A stretch of DNA of 59,536 nucleotides, counting the filler. It is 5 parts of 5 records of this genome, joined end to end, with 100 filler letters (N's around TTAATTAATTAA, not from the genome) between each part and the next. Parts side by side here need not be neighbours in the genome. Positions count along the whole stretch, not along the records: positions 32,437 to 59,536 come from SRR20825019_1313; 4 more parts are not named here. One strand, given 5' to 3'. Below are positions 39,247 through 51,185 of this stretch, piece by piece (position 1 is the first letter of the stretch; every line of letters begins with the position of its first letter). The notes under the pieces are model-generated. The model was not told the origin of the DNA, made no database searches, and saw only the letters and a program-made list of their open reading frames with translations. The position numbers and the translations under genes were made by a program.

Positions 39247-42200
39247 ATGGTATGCCGGATTTTTCATCGAGAGAAACTTTTCTGATTTTTTTCCAGGACT
39301 CGAGTTTTCGACGGTCGCAGATGTCACCCGCAACACCTAGGTTTAGCTCACCATCTGGTGCAGAGGATCGTGTCGTGGAGCGCCTTTTGCGACTGGAAGG
39401 GGTTGTGCTTGACCTCCAGCGTGCTGATCTGACGCCGGTGTTGGAGAGTGTAAGAAGGAGCTTCAGCGCGGATCTTGAAGCCGTGCGTAGCTACAGACTG
39501 AATGTTGTGGAGGAGTGTCTTCGTGAACTAGAAGCCTCTCAGCGTCGTCATGAGGCCCTAAGAGATTCAGTTGGTATGTAGACCTACACGGATCGAATGA
39601 GTGAAATGATGACATGGTCTGGTGTTTCATTGCAGATAAGGTAGAAAAAGACGAGCAACTTCTTGTTCGCGTGGCCGAGGAGCTCCGGGAACGCACCAAT
39701 GCCGTGGAAGAGAAGCTGTCAACTGCATTCGTAGACATGAAGGACCAAGTCATAAGCGACATGGGCAACATGAAGGAGCTTTCTGACGGCATGCGGAAAG
39801 CAGCTGATGAGGCCATTGCACTTGAGGCCAAACAGCGGATTGCCCTTGAAGAAACACTCGTGAAGAGTATTCGTTCTGTCGACGCTCACCTGGACAACCT
39901 TACCAAAGATAACTCTGTTTTCAAGAATGAGATTCGGCAGGTTGTTCTGAATGAAAGGGACGAGCGGTCAAGAATGGAGGAAAAGTTTGTAGGTGGAGTG
40001 GAGGGGACCCGCGAACATGTAAATAGGACTGTGCGAGAGAGTGTAGCTGGTCTGGAGATGCGCATGGACAATGAGAACAAGAAAGTCTATGACACCTTGT
40101 CCAGCACCATGTCTCGCTTGCAGTTACCCCTTAAGGAGGTCCGTGCAGAGATAGGCAACGAACTTACATCCTTATCAACGGCCTTGGATGCCAATAGCCA
40201 GGCGCTGGCCACTTTTCGCGTAGATGTCCAGGGGAATATTGAGAATGTCGAGGCTATTGTGACCACTAATGACCAGCTCTTACGTGGTCTCCACGCTCAA
40301 CTCGAGGACAATGTCAATACGGTAGCGCAGCGGCAGGACGAGATCGCCGCGGCCGTTGCGACATTGCACGGAAGTCTGAGAGCTGACATCATGAGAGATA
40401 TGAAAGAGTATGTGGACTCGATCGTGGCAGCGGAGCGATCATCCATTATTGATGTCAAGGAATCTCTCGCCGCTGAAGTAGCAGCACGTGCGTCAGTCAA
40501 GGAGCATGCAGATCGTCTCATTGCTGAAGAGAGGTCGCGACGTGACGACGCCGTCGCATCACTCCACAAGAACCTTGACAAGAATACCTCGGCACTCCAA
40601 GCCGAAATTCGTAACCTTCGCGGTGCTACTGAGACTGCACTCCGGGAAGAAGCAAACAAGCGCTCAACCACAGACAGTGAGACTGTCGGTGTGGTGCGTA
40701 AGTTGGAATCGATAGTGAAGGACCAGGAGTCCACGATGGCTCGTTGGGCGGAAACCGTCGACCAGCGCGAGAAAACAACCCAGGAGAAATTTATGGAAGC
40801 AGAGAACTCAAGGTTGGCGCTAAAGCAGGACCTTTCGTCGTTGTTTTCCACTTTGCAAGATTTAACTTCCAGCCATGCCGACAAACTTGCGTCTGAAATG
40901 TCGCGGCAATCATTGTTACTCAACCAGGCCAGAGACAAGCTAGAGGGTGATATCGAGAGCGTGAGGCATCAGGTTGCAAAGGTGGACAGCGATAGTCTGA
41001 ATCGTTCCGAGCGGGAGAGCAGAGAGCGAAGCACCCTGGCTGAGCAATTTGCGAGAAACATGGCCACATTAACCGGAGAAACGGCGAATCAAATGAAGAA
41101 TCTAACCGCTCGTGTTCAATCCTTTGAGAGCAAGACGGAACAAGGGATCACACAGCTTGCTACCCAGGCCAATCACGCATCGAATGAGTTCAAGGGTCGC
41201 ATTGAGGAGTGCCGCAATGAGGCCCGGGATGCTGCCTCAGCGCTGCAGCACAAGATCACAGTTGATTTAGATCATCTGAGCAAGAGACTCAGCGCAGAAA
41301 TCAAGCAAGAAGAGGTCTCCCGCGCATCCCTTGCCGAGACAGTCCAAGAGGCCGTAGCAAGAGAGCGGCAGACGGTTGAAGCTGTTGTGAAGGATCTTGG
41401 TGAGTTGACATCAGACCTAGAAGGAGTGTCAACTCGGCTTGAGACTGCCGAGAATTCCATTGACGGTGTCAAAGACAGTGCTAGTCTGGAAAGCGGACGG
41501 CGATTGGAGCTGGAGATCAACATACAAGAAAAACTAGACGATATTGACGCACGATTGGTAATGGAGGCATCATCAAGAGAGGGTGTGCAGAGGGCCACAG
41601 ATGAAGCTCTGTCAAAGCAGGAGAAGGGCATCGATGCATTTAAGAGTGACATGATGGGAGCCGCCGAAAAAGACAAGAACCAGCTGCTGAAGCGTGTCGA
41701 ACACAATCATGCGGTGGTTTTGGAAACTCTGGCCGCGGAAACCCATACTAGATCTGAGATGGTGACAATGTTGGAGTCTCGCATGAAGGAGGTAAGTCTT
41801 GAGGGCATGTGGGGATGCCACCAGTACTGACCTTCGAAACAGACGAAGTCTGCGATTGAAATGAACACCAGTGCCCGGGTTGAGGCCCTATCTGGCACAA
41901 TCGACCGAGAAGTCTCGAAACTGCGCAGTGAGCTTTCACAGAGTGTCGACAAATTGTCACAGGGCCTGGAAAAGAACAGTAAGAACACATCCCGGCTGGA
42001 TGAGAAGATCACCCGAGAATGTGCGTCGCTCAAGGACTGGGCCACCAAAAAGATGGTGAGCGACGAGGCAAAGGCTTCTGGAGCGCTGAATCTTCAAACA
42101 AATGAAATACGGCAACGCATTGACAGTGCGGAAAGGACCTTGGGTGAGGCCATTAAGTCAGGTGACGAAAAGCTTAAAGAATCTCTTGACAAAGCGTCGT

Positions 42201-45200
42201 TATCGCTGAGTGAGCGATGTGGAAGGACAGAAGAAAAACTGAGCCAACTAGTATCCACTGTTGCATCGAATTACGATACGAATGAAAAGCAAGCGAAGGA
42301 TATCCAAGCGGACTTAGAGCGCCACGTGGCCACATTGTCCGCTGATGATAAGGCACAAGCTGAAAGACTCGAGGAGATGAATGAAGCTTTGTCAGAGAGC
42401 ATTGCCCGTGGTGATACGGAGATTACCGAGCGGCTTGAGTCTAATGTGTCCCGCCTCTTGGAGGGAATTGAATCAGTGCAAAATGCCGTAGATGCCGAGA
42501 TGGCCGCCCGTATGAGGGACAAAGACAGTATTGTATCTGACGCGGCTTCAAACACCGACCGCATCTTGAGTGAGCAGAGGCAAGTGTTGGACACCGTCAT
42601 GGCCCAAAACAGCGAATACTCCCGTAGTCTTGTAACATTAGAGACTTCTGTCCATGAGAAGATCGTGAATCTCCGAGAGCGCATCGACGGTCTATCAGCG
42701 GACACGAGCCATTCCCTTGAAAAGCTGAGGGCCGTGCAGGCCGAGTCAGAGAAGAGATACACCGTTCGTGAGAAAACCAACCTTGAAGATGCCAAGAAGA
42801 ACCTTGAGACTACTCGCTCTGAATGCATGCGTGAGGTGAGCTTGGTCAAGAAGGATATCGTCCAAGAACGCGCGGAGAGAATCGAAGGAGTGAAGGGAGC
42901 GCTGAACAAGACTGAAAAGGCGGCCACATCATTGCTGCAGGGGCTAGATGAGGTGCGAGCTGGCATCAAGCAAGTGGCCACCGATTCATATGCCGCCCGA
43001 GCCCAGAACCAACAAGAGGTCCAAGGTTGGATCGAGAAGCTTTCAACTGCTATGAAGGATGACTTTGCGAATGTTCGCACAGATCTTGAAGCCCAGAGCA
43101 GGCAGAATTCTTCTCGCCACCAGGCTGCCACTGAGTCTCTGCAGGAGGTTGCAAACACATTGCGCAGAGACATGGACGGAGCTGTCATGACGGCGAGCAG
43201 ATCTTCAGAGTCTGCAGCAGAAACAATGCGAAAGGAGCTAAAACATACCGCGGATGATTTCTCACGCCAAATCAAGGATGAGGCGCATGCTCGTCTTATG
43301 GAGACGGATGACTTGCGGCAACAGCAACAGAGGGAATGGAACGACTACAAGGCCGCTCAGGAATCTGCGCACCTGCAGGTGGAGCGTAGTGTGAACAGCC
43401 TGAGGGATGAGGTGGGCCGAACCCACAAAGCTATCCAAGAAACGGTGCGTGCGGAGACGCAGAAGCGTGAAGAGATGGAAACATCTCTGACGGGACTGGT
43501 TCACGACGCCGGTCTGAAGGCGCGCAGCGCAGAGGCCACAGCCTCGCAGGCGGTGGCTGAGATGACACAACGTGCTGCGGCTCAAGAAGAGAAAAACACG
43601 AAGTTCCATCATGATGTAACTGTAACAGTTCAAAAACATGCTGAAAGAATGTCAACCGAGCTGACAACCACCTTGCACAAGGTGAGCAAAATGACAGACA
43701 CGGCCAATGCAGCAGAAAGGTCCGCTACTGAAGCAAAGGAGCGTAGTGATGTCACATTGAACAAGGTGGAGCAGACCATCATTCAGTATGAGAAAGAGAA
43801 TCACGCTTTCAACGTAGCAGTGGAAACCAAACTTGATAACCACAAAAAAGAGATGACAGATCGTGTAACGGCTGCCCAGGACACTCAGAGGAAAATCCAC
43901 CAAGAAACGAAGCAAGAACTCACATCCATGGTCCACGATACGCGGAGTGGCTTTGATTCACTGCGCAATACTGTGACGGATCGGTTGAGACAGGAGGAAG
44001 AGCGTAGGAGGAGCGCTGAGGCCACCGTACTTAAAACAGTCAAGGATACAATGGATGCCCTTACAAATGATAAGAAAGAATCCAACGAGCGAATGACCGC
44101 ACAGCTAGCTCAAGAGGCAAAGGTGCGCGCAGCAGCTCTGGCTGAGGAGCGACAGCGCTCAGACAAGGCCGGCACTGAGATCCGTGAACGTGTGGGGAAA
44201 CTGGAACACTACGTGGAGGATGCCCTGTCAAGAACACACGACGCACTCGTCACACGGTTGGACAGTGAGCATAGTGCACTGCAAGAAGAAGTCACCTCAC
44301 GTATGCAAATGGCTGACAACATCGCGGATCTGATCAAGAGTACCGGATCACGAGTGAACGAGATGGAGCGGGCACACCTCGACTTCGCCGCCACCATGCG
44401 CGATGCGCTGGCAATGAAGGATACCGCCATTGCGGACAGGGAGAAATACCTTCTCGAAACCATCCAAGAGCAGGTTGCCCATGTTAAGGATCATGCAGAT
44501 GCGGTCAAGGGGGCGGTGGAGGCCAAGCTCCATGAGATCCAAGAGGAAGTCGTGCGAGTGGTACCGGGTCTTGAAGGTGGAGAGAGGGTCCTACAGCTCA
44601 TCAATAGGGAGACAGATGACAGAATCGCTTCCCAGGAGAACACAGTGGAGTTAGTCAATAAGCTCTTCACAGACGTGGCGGACCTCAAGATGCAGAACAA
44701 GATTCTTGCCGCGGCCACTCGTGACAGCGAAGAGGGTCTGAGCGCACAAAAATCCCGAATCAGCGAGCAGGTGGATGATGTTCTGGGTGTCATATCGAAG
44801 GTGAGGTTTGTGGAGTCGCGTGTGCAGCAGAAAATCTGACAGTATGCAGTCTATGGAAAGGCAGGAACAACACGGTGCAGTCACGGATGCCAACATCCTC
44901 GATCTTCGCTTCGCTCTCAAGTCACTCTCGGCGCACATGGATTCGCTGATAAACGGCGTGCCGTCATCCGGGCCTGATGTGCCAGCCCAGACCACCCTCA
45001 ACTCGTGGTATACCCCGGAAAGTGCGAGCGATCCTATCGATGTGGCCGTGCATCAATGTCTTCGCAGTCTGCGGCTTCCCCACCGTGTTAAGGTGCAACG
45101 CCTTGGAGTGGGAAGCTACATTATAGACAAGCATATCACAATCATTGCGCCCCAAGGGCAGCCGCTGGTCAAGAGCACCGAGGGTCACTACGTGTCCCTG

Positions 45201-45260
45201 GCGGCATACGTAACTAGAATTCAGATGCCCGAGATGGTGCGCAACCTCGAACTCCCTTAA
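39247..45260 (+). CDS. Giant coiled-coil protein (~1900 aa) with a C-terminal GAR/GAS2-like domain, 5 exons
   Basis: ORFs 39252, 39614, 41861 and 44808 join via introns of about 39250-39296, 39574-39635, 41792-41842 and 44801-44849; E/K/R/A/L-rich and nearly Pro-free. Confidence 0.8.
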
Positions 45261-45309
45261 ATAAACACATGGTTGCTACGCCGAACCAGTTTTATTCCAA
45301 CCATTAACC

Positions 45310-47994
45310 CTAGTCCATGAGGTTGCCCTGGCTATTGCCCTGGTTAAGCGGAGGGTTGGTAACTCCTCCCATCACCGAATCAAACGCGTTCTCTAGCTCG
45401 GCCAGTGGATCTGCAGCACTAGGAGTGGCAGCAGCAGGGGTAGAAAGGTCAAGGAGGCTGTCCGTCTGGGCCGGTCCAACGTTCTCCTCAAGTCTTGTAA
45501 GCTGAGGCGCCTGTTCTGTTTTGGGAGTTTCTACGGCTATCAGCACAGATTCCTTGCGTGCTTCTGGGGCGGGTTGCATAGGCGATTTAAGCTCCTCAAA
45601 ACCTGGCGATGGTGACCGACTGCGGCTTCTGCTCGGGCTCCTGCTCGGGCTCCTGCTCCTGCTGCCAGATGAATATGAACGAGACCCAGAGCGAGACCTC
45701 GAATACGAACGATCAGAAGACCCGGATCTGCTGTAACTGTACCCGCTTGAACTGCCACTGTAACTGCGGCGCCGAGAGCTCCGCCCGCGACCTCTCCGGC
45801 TTCCACTCGAATACGATGAGCCAGTGTAGCTTCCCGAGCCAGACTCGCTGCCGCTGTAAGATCCTGAACCAGAATCATCATCCGAGAAGAAGCCTCGGTC
45901 TCCTCGTTTCTTCTTTTCGTCAGCAAACATGTCAACTCCATCACGGGGCTTGCCGTCGGGCGGCACTTCGGGGAAATCCGGAAGGGGGTGATAGTTGAAG
46001 CAAGCGTGGCCTACCACATGGGAAAGAGATCCCAGCTGGAAGCGCTGACGGCCGGCATGGGGGCTCTCGGCATGGATTGGCGGTTTGCAGGGCAAAAACA
46101 CCTGCGAAAGATTTCCTCTGACCGCAGCAATAACGGGGTTACTGGCGACCACGGTCTCGTCCATGACACACCTCAACATCCGTCCCTTGTCACGAATGTC
46201 ATTGGCAGTGTCATACTTGGCCAGGTCCAGCAGATAATTGAATATTTGCCGGATGCGCGGGCTGGGCTCTCCTAGGTCCGCAGAGACAAGCTTAGCACCA
46301 AGATTGAGAATCTGAATCTTCACTTCGGCGTCCTCTGAGGAAAAACCCTGAGCAAGTTCGCGCAACACATCGGGGCATATCGTTGGGATTAGGTGGTGGT
46401 ACTCCCCAACCATCCAAACAATGGATGCACGTGCCTCAGCCTTCTCTGTAGCGGGAAGTTTTCGTGCCAAGAATGTCACGATCTTCTCCTGACGGGGATG
46501 GCCAGGAAGAAGCTTCCGGAGGACCACAATACTCTCGGCGCTTACCACCTCCGAGCGATGCGACACCAGCCCTACGAGGACCTTTGTGCATTGATCCTTC
46601 ACCTCAGACACGGCGATAGCACACCGCCCGATGGCCTGAATAGTAGATGCCACAAAAGTCCTATCTGGGTGCTTGATGTACTGCTGGAACTCTTTGAGAA
46701 TCGTATGTATCCCCGCCTCATCGGCAATCTGCGTCAGGATGTCCAACTTGAGGTTGCGGTTGAATGATGGCTCATCTGACTTGATGAAAAAATCTTTGAG
46801 GTACGGTGTGAACATCTTCGGGCGCTCTACAGACATTGTAGCAATATTGTTGAGCACCACATAACCCATCTCGCGTCCAGACCGCATTGCACGCACCATG
46901 GAGCGAGCAACCTTCTGGGCCTCAAGGACGGGCGCCAAGTGGAAGTACAGAGAGGCAACAGCCATAACCACACCGCTATTCCGGCTCTGCATGAGCGGAG
47001 CGGCAGCCTGCAACAGAAGCCGATGATCCGGGTCCATTTGCTCCTCTCCTTCATCCTCACTGTCACTGCGGTCACCACGGCGGCCATCGGCACGAGATTG
47101 TTTTCGGCCCTTTTTCTTTTCACTGAAGAAGTCATCCTCCGAATCCTCTTCACCGCCCCTATCCCCATCGACCTTGCCATCCTCAGCTTCATCATCCGAG
47201 TAAAACGCCTTCTTCGCCTTCTTCTGCCCTCCAGTTCCGGACGACGCTTTCTTCTCGATCTTTCGGGGCGCGTCATCGTCCCTGAAAGGAGTTTTGAACT
47301 GGCTCCTACCATAACGCAACAATAAATTGATTATGGAAATCTGGCCCCATTCATCTACGTCCGGGAGCATCTTGCACAGTTTTCTATAGATCGGATGGAT
47401 CATCTCGAGGCGTTCTGGGCATACTTCGTTAAAAGCGGCAACAGCACTACTGATAACCATTGTTGAGTTGTCCCTGAAGGACTTGCCGATTACCTCGGCA
47501 AGGATATCCTTCTGTGTTTGATCCAGAGCAAACACCTTGGACACTGCATTCATGGCCGTTTTCCTGACGTAAGGCGAACTATCCAGACAACACTTCTTCA
47601 GCGCAAGAATAACTAGTTGCACAATTATATGAACACGAATGCTGGACATAACCCTCAGAGCACCAGCTCGCACCAACTGGTTTCTATCCTTAAGCTCCTT
47701 CTGGAAAGTATTAATAGACAACAGAGCAATCTCCGGCTTGTGTTCTGCATGATGTGTCAGAAAGAGATACACGAGCTTCTTCACCTCCAGCGAATTGCAC
47801 ACAACAAGCTTAACCACATCGGGGAAGAGATCAGAAACATCTTTTCCTATGGACATAAGGGCTACCAGCCGCTTCATTCCCTCAAGCTTCTCCTTGTTAG
47901 ACCTTCCATCAAGTAGACGCCGCAGTTCACCGCGATCTGTGTTGATATTTTCGAAGTAGTTGGATGACCCAAACGATAACGTCAGGGCCGCCAT
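45310..47994 (-). CDS. AP3B: AP-3 adaptor complex beta subunit
   Basis: KLEGMKRLVALMSIGKDVSDLFPDVVK, ALLSINTFQKEL.D.NQLVRAGALRVMSSIRV, DVDEWGQ, DPDHRLLL, GSLSHVV and Y.PLPDFP motifs; acidic Ser-rich hinge. Confidence 0.93.
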   Translation of the reverse strand: MAALTLSFGSSNYFENINTDRGELRRLLDGRSNKEKLEGMKRLVALMSIGKDVSDLFPDVVKLVVCNSLEVKKLVYLFLTHHAEHKPEIALLSINTFQKELKDRNQLVRAGALRVMSSIRVHIIVQLVILALKKCCLDSSPYVRKTAMNAVSKVFALDQTQKDILAEVIGKSFRDNSTMVISSAVAAFNEVCPERLEMIHPIYRKLCKMLPDVDEWGQISIINLLLRYGRSQFKTPFRDDDAPRKIEKKASSGTGGQKKAKKAFYSDDEAEDGKVDGDRGGEEDSEDDFFSEKKKGRKQSRADGRRGDRSDSEDEGEEQMDPDHRLLLQAAAPLMQSRNSGVVMAVASLYFHLAPVLEAQKVARSMVRAMRSGREMGYVVLNNIATMSVERPKMFTPYLKDFFIKSDEPSFNRNLKLDILTQIADEAGIHTILKEFQQYIKHPDRTFVASTIQAIGRCAIAVSEVKDQCTKVLVGLVSHRSEVVSAESIVVLRKLLPGHPRQEKIVTFLARKLPATEKAEARASIVWMVGEYHHLIPTICPDVLRELAQGFSSEDAEVKIQILNLGAKLVSADLGEPSPRIRQIFNYLLDLAKYDTANDIRDKGRMLRCVMDETVVASNPVIAAVRGNLSQVFLPCKPPIHAESPHAGRQRFQLGSLSHVVGHACFNYHPLPDFPEVPPDGKPRDGVDMFADEKKKRGDRGFFSDDDSGSGSYSGSESGSGSYTGSSYSSGSRRGRGRSSRRRSYSGSSSGYSYSRSGSSDRSYSRSRSGSRSYSSGSRSRSPSRSPSRSRSRSPSPGFEELKSPMQPAPEARKESVLIAVETPKTEQAPQLTRLEENVGPAQTDSLLDLSTPAAATPSAADPLAELENAFDSVMGGVTNPPLNQGNSQGNLMD

Positions 47995-48199
47995 GTTGGT
48001 GGCGAACAGATAGCATCCTGACAAAATCCGCCTCTATACTTGTGTATGATCCTGGTTTAAGGTCGCAAGGTAGCCCCCGAAGCAGTCGTCCAATCGTAGT
48101 GCGTAGGGTTGAAGCGTGGGGAGAGGGCCGGTGCTTTCGACAGGGCACCGTCATGCACGGTTGGAAGACGCACCAGATGTGGTCAACGTGTGCATAGAC

Positions 48200-48860
48200 C
48201 ACGGACGGAGCCTGCCGGGCCCTCAGCGGCGCGGCCGCCTGCTCGGGTGGCCGGGCCGCTCGGCTCGCGGGGACCCCGGCACTCAACTGAGCGGGCAGGC
48301 GGCGGCCGATCGCCTGGCCGTCCGTGCCCGGCCGGGTGGGGGCTCGGGGCCTCCCGTCCCGGCTCTGGGGTGGAGGACCGGACCGCGCCGGAGTGACGGC
48401 CGGACCAAGGCCGGAGTTGGGCCGCGACCGACGAGCGAGGGCCCGGGGGCCCCGCCCCTGCCAAATCATGATACGGGCCCAGCCGGCGTGGCCGGGCGCC
48501 GGCAAGGGCGTCGATTGGTGCTCCGGCGCCCCGGCCCCTCGCCCGCACTTCGGATGGGGCGGATTGTCACAGTCACCGACACCGATATCGAGAACACATT
48601 CTGGAAATAGTGGTTGTATCTATCGTAAGTTCTGGCACACATTGTTCTATTTTTGGACGGTGTTTCCCGCACTGTTGCCGTGACGGCCGCGGTCAATGGG
48701 ATGAGCCCCGTGCGGCCGCTAGCTCCGCCGAGCCGGAACTGTGATGACGTGGCTGCGCCGGCGCAGTGAGCCTCGGGGTGGGCCTCCGGTCCCTTGGCCC
48801 GGCGACCGTGGCTGCCCAGACCCGCGGCGGGTTTGCCCAGGACGTCCGATGTTGCAGTCA
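48200..48860. promoter_or_regulatory. Double GC island between divergent AP3B and 2OG-oxygenase genes
   Basis: Two GC blocks (~48200-48560 and ~48680-48860) separated by an AT-richer spacer. Confidence 0.55.
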
Positions 48861-49105
48861 CTGTTCGCACACTGAAACCTCAACGGGCATCGCCGCCCTA
48901 TCGCCGAACTTTGTGAGGCCCAATCATTGTCGACGAACATCCATCATTGTCTAAACTGAAAGGGTGCTCTCGATGGCCACTCCTCTTCGCCCTCAAGGCG
49001 TTCAAGTCCAGTGGACTTCCCATTCCACTTGGTCCCCTTAGAATGGAGTATGTGTAAGTAGGGGTGAAGGCAATCAGAGTGGAGGTGATATCAAAAAGTT
49101 TAGGA

Positions 49106-50363
49106 ATGGCCGTGGTACGTCTTGAAACCTTGTGTGACTAGTGCGACTCTTACTCTAATTTTTAGACTGCTGACTGTGTGATTCTTGAGTATGAAGACTT
49201 GGTGAATGGAGTCGATCTCACGGAGAAAGTTGAAAAAGCCTTTGGCTATGATGGTCTTGGCATTTTGGCCGTACGCGGAGTGCCAGGACTGAAGGAAAAG
49301 AGGGAGACACTTCTTCCCCTTGCTCACAAGTACGCTAATCTTCCTGAGGATGTTAAGGTGTGTTTTGTCTATTTAACTTGATTAGCTAGCAACTGACCCT
49401 CTTTGAAGCTGAAAACAGAGAGCCCCGACACCCAGTACTCCTTTGGATGGTCTCACGGCAAGGAGACCCTTGAAGGCAAGCCCGACTACTCTAAGGGTTC
49501 CTACTTCAACAATCCCCAATACGATCGTCCGGTTGAGGACGAGGAACTGATCAAGAAGTTTCCGGCATTCATCCATCCCAACATCTGGCCCTCTGATGAC
49601 CTTCCTCAGTTGGAGAATGCGTTCAAGGAAGCCGGCCAGCTGATGGTTTCTGTCGGCGAACTTATTGCTGCACAGTGTGACGCCTACGTCAAGCGTGAGA
49701 TTCCGTCATATGAGTCGAACATGCTCCGGACAGTGATTGAAACCTCCAAGGTAGCCAAGGGTCGTCTGCTCCACTACTTTCCGGTCAAGGAAGTATCCGA
49801 CGACAAGGTTGATGAGGAAAACTTCTCCTCTTGGTGCGGATGGCATAATGATCACGGATCTCTGGTGAGGCAATAGCTACCAGGGTTATATGTACATTTT
49901 CTCTAACATCTATACCGTAATGCAGACGGCGCTTATGTCGGCAATGTTTATGAACGAGAAAGGAGATGCTGTGCAGTGTCCCGATGAGCGTGCCGGCTTG
50001 TACATCCGCACTCGTAAGGGTGTTCTCGCTAAAGTGGCCATCCCGGGCGATATGTTGGCCTTCCAGATTGGAGAGACAGCGCAGATACACTCTGGTGGCC
50101 TGCTCCAGGCGACGCCGCACGCTGTGCGCGGTGCTATGAACTCAGCGTCAAAGGGCGTGTCTCGGGAGACCTTTGCAGTTTTCATGGAGCCAAACTGGGA
50201 TTTCCATATGAAGGTCCCCGATGGTGTTGACCCGGATGTGGCCAAGCGCGGATCCAATGAGGGCCTTCTCCCTAAGGGTGTCCCTCCACTGGGTAGCCGG
50301 TGGACTGTTGATATGGATTTTAATGACTTCACCACGGCGTCGCTCGCTATGTATTACAAGTAG
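49106..50363 (+). CDS. 2-oxoglutarate/Fe(II) oxygenase (IPNS/DIOX-like), 4 exons
   Basis: GLGILAV, YSFGWSHGKE, RLLHYFP, WCGWHNDHGSL (HxD) and LQATPHAV motifs; introns about 49115-49165, 49358-49408 and 49866-49925. Confidence 0.88.
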
Positions 50364-50639
50364 AATTGTGCACGAACGCACATCAATGGATAGACTCCTG
50401 CGACTTACCTTATTCCCACTTCTGTCATGGGTCCTGGGAGGTCCAAGGCGCACCTACCATATTTGGTCAGAAGGCTCGAACCAGAGTACTGCCGGAGAAT
50501 AAAACAAACTAGTCGGGGTCAGCACCTTAGCAGCTCTGTTTCTATGGCTCGGCTCTTGATAACTTTATAATCAGTTGAGTAATGGTATATCAATTAAATC
50601 CTGGTTCGTCTAAAAATGGTGTTTGAATCGTTCAAATCG

Positions 50640-51060
50640 GGACTGGGCTTGGCTTGGCTGGCCCCCGGGCGGCGGCCTGAGCCGGGGCGGCCTGAGCCCG
50701 GCCGGCGGCGGCCGCGACCGCCCCAGGCCCCCCCCGGTCCCCGGCGGCCGGGGGCTGGGCGGCGCAAACGGCGGCGACCCGGCACCGGCCGGTCTCACGG
50801 GGCGGCGGCGCACGGCACAGCGGCGCCGGAAGCCGGCCGCGCGGCCACCCCGCACGGCCGCCAACCGTTGGCGCGGCGGCCGGGCGCCCGCCCGGGGCGC
50901 GGCACGGGAGCCCCGGAGACGGTCACTGAGTAGCAACTTGACGACGGAATGTCACACTGGCACGGCTTCCGGCGGCCTGCCCGTCCGTCCCCTCCGGCGC
51001 CGGTCATCTGACCGGACGCCACTGGAGCCTGCTGGGGCACGGCCTGGCTCATCTCAGATG
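50640..51060. promoter_or_regulatory. GC-rich island upstream of the MYND gene
   Basis: Near-pure G/C block with an internal duplication of GGGCGGCCTGAGCC. Confidence 0.55.
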
Positions 51061-51185
51061 CGTCAGTGTTGCGGCGGCCTTTAGGTGATGGCGTGCAAGG
51101 TTGTCCCTGTAGGCGGGACGGGGCCCGAGCTTTTTATTGCGATATTTACATGCACGTACACACAGTCCCCACCCAGTGTGAAACT

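Noticed and set aside
45610-45800. Separate SR splicing-factor gene
   Set aside because: The RS tract is in frame within AP3B and no RRM is present.
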